Below are positions 9,699 to 21,376 of a stretch of 64,000 nt of DNA, one piece after another. A program made the translations under genes and the position numbers. The stretch covers positions 24,344 to 88,343 of the forward strand of contig JBBDQP010000058.1 of NCBI GenBank assembly GCA_040905965.1. Direction: 5' to 3'. Each line of letters opens with the position of its first letter. The stretch's first letter is position 1. Source of the DNA: Acidimicrobiia bacterium (GTDB lineage: Bacteria > Actinomycetota > Acidimicrobiia > Spongiisociales > ZC4RG35). Below the pieces are notes generated by a model. That model saw only the letters and a program-made list of their open reading frames with translations. It was not told the origin of the DNA and made no database searches.

Positions 9699-10373
9699 TC
9701 AGATCACCTGCCGCACCCGGGCAAACACCCCGTCGAACATTTCTTCAGTCAACCGCCTTGTGAACGTGTTCTGCTGACTGGGGTGATACGAACAGATCAC
9801 GAGGGGACCGTTCTCGAGTGCGACCTCGACACCGTGACCGAACTTGGGTTTCGGCACCGGACGCTGCCACCCGAGCGGCTCGCACATCCTGAGCACCGCA
9901 TCGAAGCCCAGCCCGCCCAAGGCGACGACGACCTCGAGCTTCACCAAAGCCCTCATTTCGGCGACCGTCCACTCCAGACACGCCGCCCGCTCACCGGCAG
10001 TGGGCGTGTTGTCTGGCGGAGCGCAATGGACGGCGGAGGTCACAAACACCCCGGTGAGTTCCAGCCCGTCGCCGGCGTGGCTCGACTCTGGCTGGTTGGC
10101 GAAACCCGCCCGATCCAGCGCCCGGAACAGCCAGTCACCGGACCGGTCGCCGGTGAACATGCGCCCGGTGCGGTTGGCGCCGTGGGCGGCTGGGGCGAGA
10201 CCGACAATGGCCACCCTGGCATCAGAATCACCGAACCCGGGTACCGGTCGTGCCCAGTAGTCGTCGTCACGGAACGCCGCCCGCTTCTCCCGACCGACCC
10301 TCTCCCGCCACTCCACCAGTCGCGGGCAACGGCGGCATTCGATCAGCTCGGAGTGGACCAGGTCGAGGCTCAA
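9699..10373 (-). CDS. uracil-DNA glycosylase, family 5 (UdgB-like, Fe-S)
   Basis: 'ECRRCPRL' Cys motif and 'GLAPAAHGANRTGRMFTGD', characteristic of UdgB. A TTG at 10373 overlaps the stop of the upstream gene (TTGA). The longer ORF to 10502 would overlap its neighbour by 130 nt. Confidence 0.65.
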   Translation of the reverse strand: MSLDLVHSELIECRRCPRLVEWRERVGREKRAAFRDDDYWARPVPGFGDSDARVAIVGLAPAAHGANRTGRMFTGDRSGDWLFRALDRAGFANQPESSHAGDGLELTGVFVTSAVHCAPPDNTPTAGERAACLEWTVAEMRALVKLEVVVALGGLGFDAVLRMCEPLGWQRPVPKPKFGHGVEVALENGPLVICSYHPSQQNTFTRRLTEEMFDGVFARVRQVI

Positions 10374-11833
10374 CCCGGATCGAGGGCGTCGACGCTCACA
10401 TTGGAGAAGGCGTTCCACAGCATCCAGCCGAGTCCGAACGCCTCGGCCGATTCGGTCTGCGCTCTCACCTGGTCGGCCGTGTAACCGAAGTCCTGCAGCC
10501 ACGGCCGGATGATTGCGCCCCGCTCCAACCGGGAGATTCCGTCTTGAAGGGCCCGGTGCACCATTTCACCCGGGTGATCGACGGGTCGGGCAAAGCCATA
10601 CCAGTCCGCCGAGTAGTGGCTGGGGTAGAGCATCGGCGAAGCCACGTCGACGGTGTCGACAAGAACATCCCACTGCTGGCCGATCCCGCCGTCGTCGCGT
10701 GCCGTCGTGATGAACCCGAAGATGTCTGCCGCCACCGCGCATCCGAGCGGATGCAAGACCTCGCGCGCTTCGAGCAGGAACGACTCGATCGTGGCGACCC
10801 TCGTCTCCGAATCCGAACCGCCGTCGAAGACGACGGTGTCGGGAAGGCCATCGGGGTAGCGGACATAGTCGAACTGGATCTCGTCGACGCCGAGTTGACA
10901 TGCCTCGACCGCGAGCGAGAGGGCGTACCCGCGAGCCTTGGGATCGGTCGGATCGAGGAACCACTGCCCGTTGTTGTTGTACGGACCGTCCGTGGCGGTG
11001 TTCCACGCCGCGATATCGGGTATGCGCTGGGCAGCCTGCGGGTCCTGGAATGTCACGATGCGGCCGATCAGGTAGAGATCCCGGGCGTCGACGTCCCTCA
11101 CGATCTCGCCGAGGTCGTACAGCGGGTAGTCGGCGTTGGCTTCCTCGGCCACGCCGACAGCGGTGTCGTAGTAGATGAGGCCGTACTCGTCTTTGAGGTC
11201 CAGCATCACCCCGTTCAACTCGGTCGCTGCCTTGAGATCGAGGATCGCCTTCCACCGGACGGGATCGCCGGCCACTTCGCCGGTGACGTGGACCGCTTTC
11301 ACCACCCGTGGCTCGATCTGGATCGTGCGTTCGCCGAGACCGCCATCCCATTGGAAGTCTGCGAGGTGCCAGGCGGGACGCCAGACCCTTACCTCGCCTG
11401 GCTCGGCGAGCCGGACGGAGAACGCACCATCGGGACCAGACACGGCGCTCCCTCGACCGGATTCGACGTACACGCCCTCGACCGGCCGCCCGTCGGGATC
11501 CTGGACGATCCCGCGCAGAGTGTGTGGCATGAGCCGCACGGTTGTCGCCGAGTCCACGGTCGGGGATGTCACCGGCTGCGGCAGGAAGCCATCAGCCTCG
11601 ACGATGAGGTGACCGTCGTCCGGCCAGTCCAGCGTCGCGACGCCGTCGGGACCGGTCGTCGCCTTTTCCGAGCCGTCGGCCACCAGCAACGCACCCGGAA
11701 CCGGCTCGCCCCGCTCGTCGACCACAGCAACAGCAGCCGAAGTCTCCGGTCCGAACGCGGCGAAGCCCGCCCACCCCGCCCAGACCAGGGTGATGACGAG
11801 AAGGACCCGAAGTTGATGTGTGCGTTTCGCCAT
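10370..11833 (-). CDS. putative secreted glycoside hydrolase-like protein (GHL/DUF4015 family TIM barrel) with N-terminal Ig-like domains
   Basis: Signal peptide (LLVITLVWAGWAGFAAF). The 'DEIQFDYVRYPDG' motif resembles the DYIRYP hallmark of the DUF4015/GHL family. 487 aa. Confidence 0.55.
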   Translation of the reverse strand: MAKRTHQLRVLLVITLVWAGWAGFAAFGPETSAAVAVVDERGEPVPGALLVADGSEKATTGPDGVATLDWPDDGHLIVEADGFLPQPVTSPTVDSATTVRLMPHTLRGIVQDPDGRPVEGVYVESGRGSAVSGPDGAFSVRLAEPGEVRVWRPAWHLADFQWDGGLGERTIQIEPRVVKAVHVTGEVAGDPVRWKAILDLKAATELNGVMLDLKDEYGLIYYDTAVGVAEEANADYPLYDLGEIVRDVDARDLYLIGRIVTFQDPQAAQRIPDIAAWNTATDGPYNNNGQWFLDPTDPKARGYALSLAVEACQLGVDEIQFDYVRYPDGLPDTVVFDGGSDSETRVATIESFLLEAREVLHPLGCAVAADIFGFITTARDDGGIGQQWDVLVDTVDVASPMLYPSHYSADWYGFARPVDHPGEMVHRALQDGISRLERGAIIRPWLQDFGYTADQVRAQTESAEAFGLGWMLWNAFSNVSVDALDPG

Positions 11834-11983
11834 GGCTCGGCCAAGTGTACGAACTCCGGCAGTTAGGCGAACCTCGGCGAAACTTCATTGCGGGCGTCAC
11901 ACCCTGGTGATACTTTGGCCACCGGTGTCGGGACCATCCCGCACCGTGAGCGCAGCGTCTGCTGGGACGGAGAGGGGGTTCTC

Positions 11984-12910
11984 GTGTCCAACCGCCATTC
12001 GGCATCCGCAGCCGACACGATCGGCATGTACCTCGACGAGGTCTCCTCCCACACGCTCCTGACCGCGGATGACGAGATCCGGCTGTCGCGCACGATGGAG
12101 CACGGCCGCCGGGCAGCCATCCGACTCGAGACCGAGCCCGATTTGGACGCCGAGGAACGCCGTCGCCTCCAACGAATCGTCGAGCAGGGCGAGGAGGCGA
12201 AAATGGCCTTCATTCGCGCCAACCTGCGTCTCGTCATCTCGATCGCGAAACGCTACGCCGGTCGCGGCCTCGACCTCCTCGATCTCATCCAGGAGGGCAA
12301 CCTCGGCCTCATCCGAGCCGTCGAGAAGTACGACTGGAAGAAGGGTTTCAAGTTCTCGACCTACGCCACCTGGTGGATCCGCCAGGCCATCAGTCGAGGT
12401 CTCGGCAACGCCGCTCGCACCATCCGGCTCCCTGTCCACATGGTGGACATCGTCCGCACCGTCCACGACACCAGACAGATCCTGTTCGAGACGCTGCGGC
12501 GACCGCCAACGCTCGACGAGATCGCCGAATACAGCGGCCTCGACATCGACAAGGTAGAAGCCGCCGTTCGAGCGCCGACGGACACCGTCTCACTGGACCG
12601 TCCGGTCGGCGAGGACGGAGACTCCGAACTGCACGAGTTCGTGGTCGACGTCGCGGCGCCCGATCCGTACCTCGAAACCGCCGAAGCGGACCGCCGATCT
12701 CACATGCTCACAGCTCTCGCACACCTCGACCCCGAGGAGCGGATCATCGTTGATCTCCGGTTCGGTCTCTCGGGCGACGACCCGTGGACGATGTCCGCCG
12801 TCGGCAAACATCTCGGACTGACTCGTGAGCGAGTGCGGAACATCGAGACCAGGGCGCTGGCCAAACTGCGCCATCCATCGTGCGGGGTGGATCTCGAAGA
12901 ACTCTTGTAG
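11984..12910 (+). CDS. RNA polymerase sigma-70 family sigma factor (group 2/SigB-like, lacks region 1.1)
   Basis: Region 2 ([13 protein letters not shown]) and region 4.2 HTH ([20 protein letters not shown]). The GTG at 11984 is preceded by GGAGAGGGGG. Confidence 0.8.
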   Translation: MSNRHSASAADTIGMYLDEVSSHTLLTADDEIRLSRTMEHGRRAAIRLETEPDLDAEERRRLQRIVEQGEEAKMAFIRANLRLVISIAKRYAGRGLDLLDLIQEGNLGLIRAVEKYDWKKGFKFSTYATWWIRQAISRGLGNAARTIRLPVHMVDIVRTVHDTRQILFETLRRPPTLDEIAEYSGLDIDKVEAAVRAPTDTVSLDRPVGEDGDSELHEFVVDVAAPDPYLETAEADRRSHMLTALAHLDPEERIIVDLRFGLSGDDPWTMSAVGKHLGLTRERVRNIETRALAKLRHPSCGVDLEELL

Positions 12911-12940
12911 GCAGGGTTCGTCGGGGTAGCTTGTCAGGGC

Positions 12941-13210
12941 ATGCCCTTCGACGACATCACCAACCAGGCGGTGCTCCTCATTGCCCTCTCCGGAGGAATC
13001 GGCGGGCTGCTGGGCGGACTTCTCGGATCGCTCCGGGCCAATCTGATCGGTTCCATCCTGGTGGGTGCGATCGGAGGAATCTCGCTCGGTGCCATCATGC
13101 GGATCGCCAACGTCGACCCGATCGTCGACGCCGGCGGCGGCTACAGCTGGCTCTGGTCCTTCATCGGCGGCCTGGTCCTCGGCCTCGCCGTCTCCGCCTC
13201 CAACCGCTAG
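12941..13210 (+). CDS. GlsB/YeaQ/YmgE family stress-response membrane protein
   Basis: 89 aa, Gly-rich, two TM segments. GIGG..LLGG pattern typical of the transglycosylase-associated (GlsB) family. Confidence 0.7.
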   Translation: MPFDDITNQAVLLIALSGGIGGLLGGLLGSLRANLIGSILVGAIGGISLGAIMRIANVDPIVDAGGGYSWLWSFIGGLVLGLAVSASNR

Positions 13211-13240
13211 GCGCGAACCCCTGGGTACGCAACGATCGAT

Positions 13241-14653
13241 CTAGCCGATGGCGCCGGCTTCGGCCATGTTGAGCTCGATCAGACGGTTCATCTCGACGGC
13301 GTATTCCATCGGGAGTTCACGCACGATCGGCTCGATGAACCCGGCGACGATCATCGACGTCGCCTGATCCTCGGTGAGTCCGCGGCTCCGGAGATAGAAG
13401 AGCTGCTCGTCTCCCACCTTCGAAACGGTCGCCTCATGTCCGATCTCGGCGTCGTTCTCCTCGATCTCCATGTACGGATAGGTATCCGAGCGTGAGTGGT
13501 CGTCGAGGATCAGCGCGTCGCAACGGACGAAGCTCTTGGAATTGACCGCTCCCTCTTCGACACGGACAAGCCCCCGGTAGCCCGCCCGTCCACCGTTCTT
13601 CGAAATGGACTTAGACACGATCGTCGACGTGGTGTTCGGTGCGACGTGGACCATCTTCGCTCCGGCGTCCTGATGCTGACCCTCACCGGCGAATGCGATC
13701 GAAAGCACCTCGCCGTGCGCGCCCGGCTCCATCAGCCAGACTGCCGGGTACTTCATCGTGAGCTTCGACCCGAGGTTGCCGTCGATCCACTCCATCGTGG
13801 CGTTCTCATAGGCGGCAGCCCGCTTGGTGACGAGGTTGTAGACGTTGTTCGACCAGTTCTGGATGGTCGTGTAGCGGCATCGGCCGCCCTTCTTGACCAC
13901 GATCTCGACCACGGCCGAGTGCAACGAGTCCGACGTCCAGATGGGAGCAGAGCACCCTTCGACGTAGTGACAGAACGCGTCTTCGTCGACGATGATGAGG
14001 GTCCGCTCGAACTGACCCATGTTCTCGGAGTTGATCCGGAAGTAGGCCTGAAGCGGCTGATCGAGGTGCACGCCGGGCGGGACGTAGATGAAGGACCCGC
14101 CTGACCAGACCGCCGAATTGAGCGCGGCGAACTTGTTGTCGTTGGGCGGGATGATCGTTCCCATGTACTCCTGGACGATCTCCGGGTACTCGCGCACCGC
14201 CGTATCCATGTCACAGAAGAGCACGCCGAGTTCTTCGAGGTCCTCCCGGTTGCGGTGATAGACGACCTCGGACTCGTACTGCGCCGTGACTCCGGCCAGG
14301 TACTTCCGTTCGGCCTCCGGAATTCCCAGCTTCTCGTAGGTCGCCTTGATCGACTCGGGCACCATGTCCCAGTCTTTGGACTGACCTTCGGTGGGCTTGA
14401 CGTAGTAGTAGATGTCGTCGAAGTCGATGTCCTCGAGTGCGCCACCGCCACCCCACGTCGGAAGGGGCTTGGCGAGGAACCGCTTGTAGGACTTGAGGCG
14501 GAAGTCCAACATCCAGTCGGGCTCGTCCTTGATCTTCGACATCTGGCGGATGATCTCTTCGGACAGCCCCTTCTGGGGCTTGAACACGTACTCGTCTTCC
14601 GAGTCGTGCCAGCCGAGCTTGTATGCACCGAGGTCGATATCGACGGTTGCCAT
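13241..14653 (-). CDS. sufB: Fe-S cluster assembly protein SufB
   Basis: 470 aa with SufB-like sequence throughout (…[17 protein letters not shown]…). GAGGTGA RBS. No sufD, sufC or sufS downstream. Confidence 0.9.
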   Translation of the reverse strand: MATVDIDLGAYKLGWHDSEDEYVFKPQKGLSEEIIRQMSKIKDEPDWMLDFRLKSYKRFLAKPLPTWGGGGALEDIDFDDIYYYVKPTEGQSKDWDMVPESIKATYEKLGIPEAERKYLAGVTAQYESEVVYHRNREDLEELGVLFCDMDTAVREYPEIVQEYMGTIIPPNDNKFAALNSAVWSGGSFIYVPPGVHLDQPLQAYFRINSENMGQFERTLIIVDEDAFCHYVEGCSAPIWTSDSLHSAVVEIVVKKGGRCRYTTIQNWSNNVYNLVTKRAAAYENATMEWIDGNLGSKLTMKYPAVWLMEPGAHGEVLSIAFAGEGQHQDAGAKMVHVAPNTTSTIVSKSISKNGGRAGYRGLVRVEEGAVNSKSFVRCDALILDDHSRSDTYPYMEIEENDAEIGHEATVSKVGDEQLFYLRSRGLTEDQATSMIVAGFIEPIVRELPMEYAVEMNRLIELNMAEAGAIG

Positions 14654-14679
14654 CAGGCGTTCACCTCTGCGATCGAATT

Positions 14680-14806
14680 TGCACTATGCACGTAGTGTAA
14701 AGCGCATCACGCCTGAACGGTATTCCGCACGGGCACGTTCTCGCCTCCCCTGGATTGGTTGGTGCAAGCGCTTTCGACGTAGAATCCTAACTTGCGCATA
14801 TGCGCA
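14680..14806. promoter_or_regulatory. candidate operator/promoter elements in the sufB-gltB divergent intergenic region (TGCACTATGCAC, TGCAAGCGCTTT, and the perfect palindrome TGCGCATATGCGCA)
   Basis: Seen directly: 12-14 bp direct/inverted repeats of TGCRC(A) with a TA spacer. The perfect 14-bp palindrome sits 29-42 nt upstream of the gltB ATG, between TAGAAT and CATAAT -10-like hexamers. Confidence 0.4.
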
Positions 14807-14834
14807 TAATGCCGAACGCCGCGAGGAGGGGCAC

Positions 14835-17800
14835 ATGACGGACGCATCCCACCACACCCGCCGTGTGGACGCACGCGCCGCCGCCCAGCGCCACGGTCTG
14901 TACCGGGAGGAGACCGAGCACGACTCCTGTGGCGTCAACTTCGTCGTCGACCTCAAGGGCCGAAGAAGCCATCAGATCGTCCAGCACGGCATCGACGCCG
15001 TCTGCAATCTCGAACACCGCGGGGCGACGGGAGCCGATCCCCTCACCGGAGACGGTGCAGGCATCCTCATCCAGGTCCCTGACCGGTTCTTCCGTGCGGT
15101 CGTCGACTTCGAACTGCCCCCGGAAGGAACGTACGCCACCGGTATCGCGTTCCTCCCCCAGGAGGGGGAGCAGGCAAGGATCGCCCGGGCGAGGATCGAG
15201 GCGCTCGTGGTGGACGAGGGCCTCGACGTGCTCGGGTGGCGCGATGTCCCCGTCGAGCCGTCGATCCTCGGCAAGGCGGCGCTCGAGACGATGCCGCGCT
15301 TCAAGCAGATCTTCATCGCCGGCAAAGGTCTGAGCGGCATGGCCTTGGAGCGCCAGTCCTATGTCTTACGCAAACGGATCGAGCACGAGATCCACCTGCA
15401 GGCTGGACCGGACGAGGTCAACGAGGCGATCGGCGGAGCCTCGACGATGCACGACGGCGTCTACTTCCCGAGTCTCTCGTGCCGCACGTTCGTGTACAAG
15501 GGAATGCTCACGGCGCGACAGGTCGCCGAATTCTTCCCCGACCTTCACGACGACCGGGTCGAGAGCGCGATGGCTCTCGTGCACTCGCGATTCTCGACCA
15601 ACACGTTCCCCATGTGGCCGCTCGCCCACCCGTACCGCATGGTCGCCCACAACGGCGAGATCAACACCATCCAGGGCAATCGCAACTTCATGCGCGCCCG
15701 CGAGACGCTCCTCGACACGGACCTGATCCCCGGCGACCTGTCCCGGATCTTCCCTGTGTGCTCCCCTGGTGCCTCGGACACCGCCGGTTTCGACGAGGCG
15801 CTCGAGTTGCTGTACATGGGCGGCTATCCGATCACCGAGGCGGTGCTGATGATGATTCCCGAGCCGTGGGAGCGGCATCAGCACATGGACCCGGATGTGC
15901 GAGCGTTCTACCAATACCACGCCTCACTGATGGAGCCGTGGGATGGGCCGGCCTCGATCGCCTTCACCGACGGTCGGGTCATCGGCGCCGTCCTCGACCG
16001 CAACGGCCTCCGCCCCAGCCGGTACTGGGTCACCGATGACGACCTCGTGATCATGGCTTCGGAGGTCGGTGTCATCGACATCCCGCCACACAAGGTCATC
16101 GAAAAAGGCCGGCTGCAGCCCGGAAAGATGTTCCTGGTCGACACGACGAAGGGCCGCATCGTCCGCGACGAGGAGATCAAAGCCGAACTGGCTTCCGCCC
16201 GCCCCTATCGGGAGTGGCTCGACCGACAACTTCTGCACCTCGACGACGTCGAACGGCGCGAGTCGCACCGAAGCGAAGCCTCCTCCCTCCTTTCGCGCCA
16301 ACAGACGTTCGGCTACACCCATGAGGAGCTCAAACTGCTGTTGGCGCCGATGGCCCGGGACGGCAAGGAGGCGCTCGGATCGATGGGCACGGACACGCCG
16401 GTGGCGGTGCTGTCCGCCCGACCGCGCCTGATGTACGACTATTTCAAGCAGCTCTTCGCACAGGTGACCAACCCCCCGCTCGACGCCATCCGCGAAGAAC
16501 TGGTCACCGCACTCCGCACGATGATCGGACCCGAGGGGAACCTCTTGGCGCCGCGAGAGCGCTCAGCGAACATGATCGAGCTGGACAGCCCGATCATCGA
16601 CAACGACCAGCTCGAACAGCTCTTGCATCTCGACGAGGCCCCAACCGTCGAAGGATTCACCGCGGTCATTCCCTGCCTGTTCGAAGTCGACGCCGGCGAA
16701 GCGGGCTTGCGGTCCGCCATCCAATCGGTCTTCGACCAGGTGGATGCCCTCATCGAACAGGGCGTCTCGGGGATCGTGCTCTCCGATCGAGGAGTCGACG
16801 CCGCTCACGCCCCGATACCCTCCCTGCTCATCACGGCAGGTGTCCACCACCACCTCATCCGCACGAAAAACCGCACCCGTATCACGTTGATCGTCGAAAC
16901 CGGAGAAGCGCGCGAGGTGCACCATCTGTGCCTCCTCCTCGGATACGGTGCGGCTGCCATCAACCCGTACCTGGCGTTCGAGACGATCGACTCGATGATC
17001 GACCAGCGGCTGTACGAGGTCGACTCGATCGACCGGGAGACCGCCCACGCCAACTACATCGACGCGGCCGGCAACGGGATCCTCAAGGTCATGTCCAAGA
17101 TGGGCATCTCCACGGTCGCCTCCTATATCGGGTCACAGATCTTCGAAGCCGTCGGTATCGGCAGTGAACTGGTCGACCGCTTCTTCACGGGAACACCGAG
17201 TCGCCTCGGGGGCATCGGTCTCGACACCGTCGCCGAAGAGGTGGCACTCCGCCATCGTGTGGCATTCGCCCCGAACCCGGCGGAACGAGCCCACCGGGAT
17301 CTCGACCTCGGCGGCGAGTACCAATGGCGTCGGGAAGGCGAAATCCACCTCTTCGCGCCGGAGACGGTGTTCAAGCTCCAGCATTCGACCCGCGAGGGGC
17401 GCTACGACATCTTCAAGGAGTACAGCAAGCTCGTCGACGACCAGACCGAGCGACTGGCCACGCTTCGAGGGCTGTTCCGCTTCAAGACGGGCGTGCGACC
17501 ACCGGTTCCAATCGAGGAGGTCGAACCGGTCTCGGCAATCGTCAAGCGGTTCTCGACCGGTGCGATGTCGTATGGGTCGATCTCCCGCGAGGCCCATGAG
17601 ACGCTCGCCATCGCCATGAACCGGATCGGCGGCAAGTCGAATACGGGTGAGGGCGGTGAGGACGCTGACCGCTACACGCCGGACGCCAACGGCGATTTGC
17701 GCCGTTCGGCGATCAAGCAGGTCGCTTCGGGCCGTTTCGGGGTCACGTCCGAGTACCTGGTGAATGCCGACGACCTCCAGATCAAGATGGCGCAGGGCGC

Positions 17801-19466
17801 CAAGCCCGGTGAGGGAGGACAACTCCCCGGCCACAAGGTGTATCCATGGATCGCCAAGACCAGATATTCGACGCCCGGTGTTGGTCTGATATCGCCGCCT
17901 CCGCACCACGACATCTATTCGATCGAGGACCTCAAACAGCTCATCCACGACCTGAAGAACGCCAATCCCGACGCCAGAGTGCACGTCAAGCTGGTGGCGG
18001 AGATGGGAGTCGGGACAGTGGCGGCCGGGGTTGCCAAGGCCAAAGCCGACGTCGTCCTGATCTCGGGACACGACGGCGGGACCGGCGCCTCACCACTCAC
18101 GTCGCTCAAGCATGCCGGTGTTCCCTGGGAACTCGGGCTGGCCGAGACACAACAGACCCTGCTCCTCAACGAGCTTCGCGATCGAATCGTGGTCCAAGCC
18201 GATGGCCAGCTCAAGACGGGTCGCGACGTGATGATCGCCGCCCTCCTGGGCGCCGACGAGTACGGGTTCGCAACTGCTCCCCTCGTGGTCTCCGGCTGCA
18301 TCATGATGCGCGTCTGTCACCTCGACACCTGTCCCGTGGGCGTCGCAACCCAGAACCCGGAACTGCGAAAGAAGTTCTCCGGCAAGGCCGAGTACATCGT
18401 CAACTTCATGGAGTTCATCGCCCAAGAGGTCAGGGAACTGCTCGCCGAACTCGGGTTTCGGACTCTCGCAGAGGCGATCGGCCACGCCGAACTCCTCGAT
18501 GTGTCCAACGCCGCTGACCACTGGAAGACGACAGGTCTGGACCTCTCAGCCATTCTCCACGTCCCCGATCTCGGGCCGGACACCCCGCGGTCGGCGAAGA
18601 CGGGACAGGACCACGGACTGGAGAAGGCGCTCGACCAGACCCTCATCCAGCTCGCGGGGGCATCGATCGAAACCGGTGAGAGGGTCACCCTCGACCTGCC
18701 GATCCGAAACGTCAACCGCACCGTCGGGACCTTGTTGGGGCACCACCTGACGAAACGCCGAGGTGGAGAGGGTCTGGCCGACGACACGATCACCGTCAAT
18801 TTCACGGGATCCGCAGGAATGAGCTTCGGGGCCTTCGTCCCCAAGGGGATCACACTTCGACTCACTGGGGACGCCAACGACTACGTGGGCAAGGGACTCT
18901 CCGGCGGCCGCCTCGTCCTCCGCCCACCAGCCGACTCTCGAATCGTCGCCGAAGACAACGTCATTGCCGGCAACGTCATCCTCTATGGCGCCACGAGCGG
19001 CGAGATGTTCATCCGCGGGTTGGTGGGTGAGCGCTTCTGCGTGCGGAACTCGGGCGCGGTCGCCGTTGTCGAGGGAGTCGGCGACCACGGCTGCGAGTAC
19101 ATGACCGGGGGCAGGGCCGTCATCCTCGGCCCGACCGGACGGAACTTCGCGGCCGGGATGTCGGGCGGCATCGCCTATGTGCTCGACGCCACCAGAGACT
19201 TTCACACCAAGGTCAACCACGAAATGGTCGACCTCGACCCTCTGGACGACGACGATCGCGCCTTCCTCCGCGATCGGGTCGAGGTCCATCACCGGGAGAC
19301 GGGCTCGACGGTGGCCGAGCGACTCCTGGCCGACTGGCCCGCCGCTCTCTCCATGTTCGTCAAGGTCATGCCCAAGGACTACAAGCGGGTTCTCGATGCC
19401 GCCCGCCGGGCCGAAGAGCGGGGCGAACCGGTCATCGACGCCATCATGGCGGCGGCGCATGGCTGA
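14835..19466 (+). CDS. gltB: glutamate synthase large subunit
   Basis: ATG at 14835 preceded by GAGGAGGGG. Amidotransferase Cys in 'CGVNF', followed by FMN and GXGXG domains. The ORF upstream of 14835 lies in the intergenic region. Confidence 0.9.
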   Translation: MTDASHHTRRVDARAAAQRHGLYREETEHDSCGVNFVVDLKGRRSHQIVQHGIDAVCNLEHRGATGADPLTGDGAGILIQVPDRFFRAVVDFELPPEGTYATGIAFLPQEGEQARIARARIEALVVDEGLDVLGWRDVPVEPSILGKAALETMPRFKQIFIAGKGLSGMALERQSYVLRKRIEHEIHLQAGPDEVNEAIGGASTMHDGVYFPSLSCRTFVYKGMLTARQVAEFFPDLHDDRVESAMALVHSRFSTNTFPMWPLAHPYRMVAHNGEINTIQGNRNFMRARETLLDTDLIPGDLSRIFPVCSPGASDTAGFDEALELLYMGGYPITEAVLMMIPEPWERHQHMDPDVRAFYQYHASLMEPWDGPASIAFTDGRVIGAVLDRNGLRPSRYWVTDDDLVIMASEVGVIDIPPHKVIEKGRLQPGKMFLVDTTKGRIVRDEEIKAELASARPYREWLDRQLLHLDDVERRESHRSEASSLLSRQQTFGYTHEELKLLLAPMARDGKEALGSMGTDTPVAVLSARPRLMYDYFKQLFAQVTNPPLDAIREELVTALRTMIGPEGNLLAPRERSANMIELDSPIIDNDQLEQLLHLDEAPTVEGFTAVIPCLFEVDAGEAGLRSAIQSVFDQVDALIEQGVSGIVLSDRGVDAAHAPIPSLLITAGVHHHLIRTKNRTRITLIVETGEAREVHHLCLLLGYGAAAINPYLAFETIDSMIDQRLYEVDSIDRETAHANYIDAAGNGILKVMSKMGISTVASYIGSQIFEAVGIGSELVDRFFTGTPSRLGGIGLDTVAEEVALRHRVAFAPNPAERAHRDLDLGGEYQWRREGEIHLFAPETVFKLQHSTREGRYDIFKEYSKLVDDQTERLATLRGLFRFKTGVRPPVPIEEVEPVSAIVKRFSTGAMSYGSISREAHETLAIAMNRIGGKSNTGEGGEDADRYTPDANGDLRRSAIKQVASGRFGVTSEYLVNADDLQIKMAQGAKPGEGGQLPGHKVYPWIAKTRYSTPGVGLISPPPHHDIYSIEDLKQLIHDLKNANPDARVHVKLVAEMGVGTVAAGVAKAKADVVLISGHDGGTGASPLTSLKHAGVPWELGLAETQQTLLLNELRDRIVVQADGQLKTGRDVMIAALLGADEYGFATAPLVVSGCIMMRVCHLDTCPVGVATQNPELRKKFSGKAEYIVNFMEFIAQEVRELLAELGFRTLAEAIGHAELLDVSNAADHWKTTGLDLSAILHVPDLGPDTPRSAKTGQDHGLEKALDQTLIQLAGASIETGERVTLDLPIRNVNRTVGTLLGHHLTKRRGGEGLADDTITVNFTGSAGMSFGAFVPKGITLRLTGDANDYVGKGLSGGRLVLRPPADSRIVAEDNVIAGNVILYGATSGEMFIRGLVGERFCVRNSGAVAVVEGVGDHGCEYMTGGRAVILGPTGRNFAAGMSGGIAYVLDATRDFHTKVNHEMVDLDPLDDDDRAFLRDRVEVHHRETGSTVAERLLADWPAALSMFVKVMPKDYKRVLDAARRAEERGEPVIDAIMAAAHG

Positions 19467-20922
19467 TCCGCGCGGCTTCCTCAAGCACGGACGCGAGCTT
19501 CCCACACGCCGCCCCGCAGATGCTCGCATCGGTGATTGGCAGGAGGTCTATCTCGACTTCGGAGCCGACGCGCTCGTCGCACAGGCCTCGCGGTGCATGG
19601 ACTGCGGGATTCCATTCTGCAACAACGGCTGTCCGCTCGGGAACCTCATCCCGGACTGGAACGATCTCGTATACCGGGATCATTGGAGGGAGGCGATCGA
19701 CCGCCTCCATGCCACGAACAACTTTCCCGAGTTCACCGGACGGCTCTGCCCTGCGCCGTGCGAAGCGGCCTGCGTCCTCGGCATCAACGACGACCCGGTC
19801 GCCATCAAGCAGGTCGAAGTGGAGATCATCGACCGTGCCTGGGACGAGGGCTGGGTTGCTCCGGTGTTGCCCGCCGAACGCACGGGTCACAGAGTGGCAG
19901 TGGTCGGTTCCGGGCCCGCCGGCCTGGCTGCCGCCCAGCAACTCACCCGGGCGGGACACGATGTGACGGTCCTCGAGCGGGAGGACCGCGTGGGCGGACT
20001 CCTGCGCTACGGCATCCCTGAGTTCAAGATGGAGAAGCGCCATCTCGACCGTCGCATCACTCAGATGGAAGCCGAGGGGACACGTTTCTTGACGTCGGTG
20101 GAAGTCGGCGTCGACATCTCCGCCGACCAGCTCAAGGCGGACTTCAACGCGATCGTTCTCGCCGGAGGAGCAACCGCGCCGCGCGACCTGCCCATCCCCG
20201 GGCGGGAACTGGCTGGAATCCACCAGGCGATGGAATACCTTCCATGGGCGAACCGGGTCCAACAGGGCGACCTGATGTCGTCGCCGATTTCGGCTGAAGG
20301 CAAGCACGTCATCATCATTGGGGGAGGGGACACCGGCGCCGATTGCCTGGGTACCGCCCACCGCCAGGGAGCGGCATCGGTCTATCAATTCGAGATCATG
20401 CCCCGCCCACCTGACAGCCGAGATCCGTCGACGCCGTGGCCGACGTATCCGCTGCAATATCGGATCTCGTCCGCCCACGAGGAAGGCGGGGAACGGGAGT
20501 TCTCCATCAACACGGAGAGATTCGTCGACGACGGCTCGGGTCGCGTGTCCGCACTCAAGACCCACCGGGTCGAGACGAAGTTCGTCGACGGCCGCCCGAC
20601 ATTCGAGCAGGTTCCAGGGAGTGAGGAGGATTACCCCGCCGACCTCGTCCTCCTGGCAATGGGTTTCGTCGGGCCGGAAAGGAGCCCGATGCTGGAGCAG
20701 TTCGGCGTCGAACTCAACCAACGCGGAAACGTCGACCGGGATGACTCATGGCGAACGAACGTCGACGGCGTCTTCGTCGCCGGCGACATGGGCAGGGGTC
20801 AGTCGCTCATCGTGTGGGCAATCGCCGAGGGCAGGGCTGCTGCCGCCTCCGCCGACCGCCATCTGATGGGCGAAACCTTTCTCCCGTCCCCGATCGCCCC
20901 GACCGCGGCGCCGCTGCGCTGA
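19459..20922 (+). CDS. gltD: glutamate synthase small subunit (NADPH-dependent)
   Basis: '[13 protein letters not shown]..' N-terminus, Fe-S cysteines, and a '[12 protein letters not shown]' dinucleotide fold. The ATG overlaps the gltB stop. Confidence 0.9.
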   Translation: MADPRGFLKHGRELPTRRPADARIGDWQEVYLDFGADALVAQASRCMDCGIPFCNNGCPLGNLIPDWNDLVYRDHWREAIDRLHATNNFPEFTGRLCPAPCEAACVLGINDDPVAIKQVEVEIIDRAWDEGWVAPVLPAERTGHRVAVVGSGPAGLAAAQQLTRAGHDVTVLEREDRVGGLLRYGIPEFKMEKRHLDRRITQMEAEGTRFLTSVEVGVDISADQLKADFNAIVLAGGATAPRDLPIPGRELAGIHQAMEYLPWANRVQQGDLMSSPISAEGKHVIIIGGGDTGADCLGTAHRQGAASVYQFEIMPRPPDSRDPSTPWPTYPLQYRISSAHEEGGEREFSINTERFVDDGSGRVSALKTHRVETKFVDGRPTFEQVPGSEEDYPADLVLLAMGFVGPERSPMLEQFGVELNQRGNVDRDDSWRTNVDGVFVAGDMGRGQSLIVWAIAEGRAAAASADRHLMGETFLPSPIAPTAAPLR

Positions 20923-20929
20923 GTCCGCC

Positions 20930-21364
20930 GTGCCGGTGATCGTCGTCGGAGCTGACACCGCCGTCGGCCGGGCAATTGTCGATGCGCTCCTCGAACCCGA
21001 CCGCGAGGTCCGAGCCTTCGTCAGCGACCTCGGGGCCGCCGAGGAGCTACGCGAGCAAGGTGTCAAGGTTGCGCTGGGCGACGTCTCCGATCCGTCTCAT
21101 GTCGGAGGAGCGTGCACTCGATGTTTCAGCGCCGTGCTCATCACCGAGGCGGCCACCGACGACCGGGAACGTTCCTTCGCCAGGACACCCGGGGCGGTCC
21201 TCGCCGGCTGGGTCGAGGCGGTCCAAGATGCGCAGGTCACCCGGGTTATCTGGGTGGGCGAGGGCGCCATCCCTGTCCCCGGACTTGAAGTGGCGAAGGT
21301 CGGTGTCGCTGAACCCGACATCCCTGCGCGGGTGGCGGAACTGGACGACGCCGCCAGGATCTGA
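20930..21364 (+). CDS. short NAD(P)-binding Rossmann-fold protein (NmrA/atypical-SDR-like; possibly truncated)
   Basis: 'VVGADTAVGRAIVDAL' glycine-rich motif, but only 144 aa, about half of a typical NmrA-like protein. Confidence 0.4.
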   Translation: MPVIVVGADTAVGRAIVDALLEPDREVRAFVSDLGAAEELREQGVKVALGDVSDPSHVGGACTRCFSAVLITEAATDDRERSFARTPGAVLAGWVEAVQDAQVTRVIWVGEGAIPVPGLEVAKVGVAEPDIPARVAELDDAARI

Positions 21365-21376
21365 CGGCTCCCGCGC

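Noticed and set aside
10566-11351. 261-aa Arg-rich ORF antisense to the DUF4015-like gene (and similar ORFs at 3694-4428, 4770-5348, 54221-54895, 62785-63831)
   Set aside because: Low-complexity Arg/Pro/Gly composition on the opposite strand of well-supported genes. Classic GC-rich shadow ORFs.
11834-11983. Sigma-70-like promoter (TTGCGG-N15-TGATACT) upstream of the sigma-factor gene
   Set aside because: The hexamer spacing is sub-optimal and there is no way to verify it without TSS data. Not reported as a feature.
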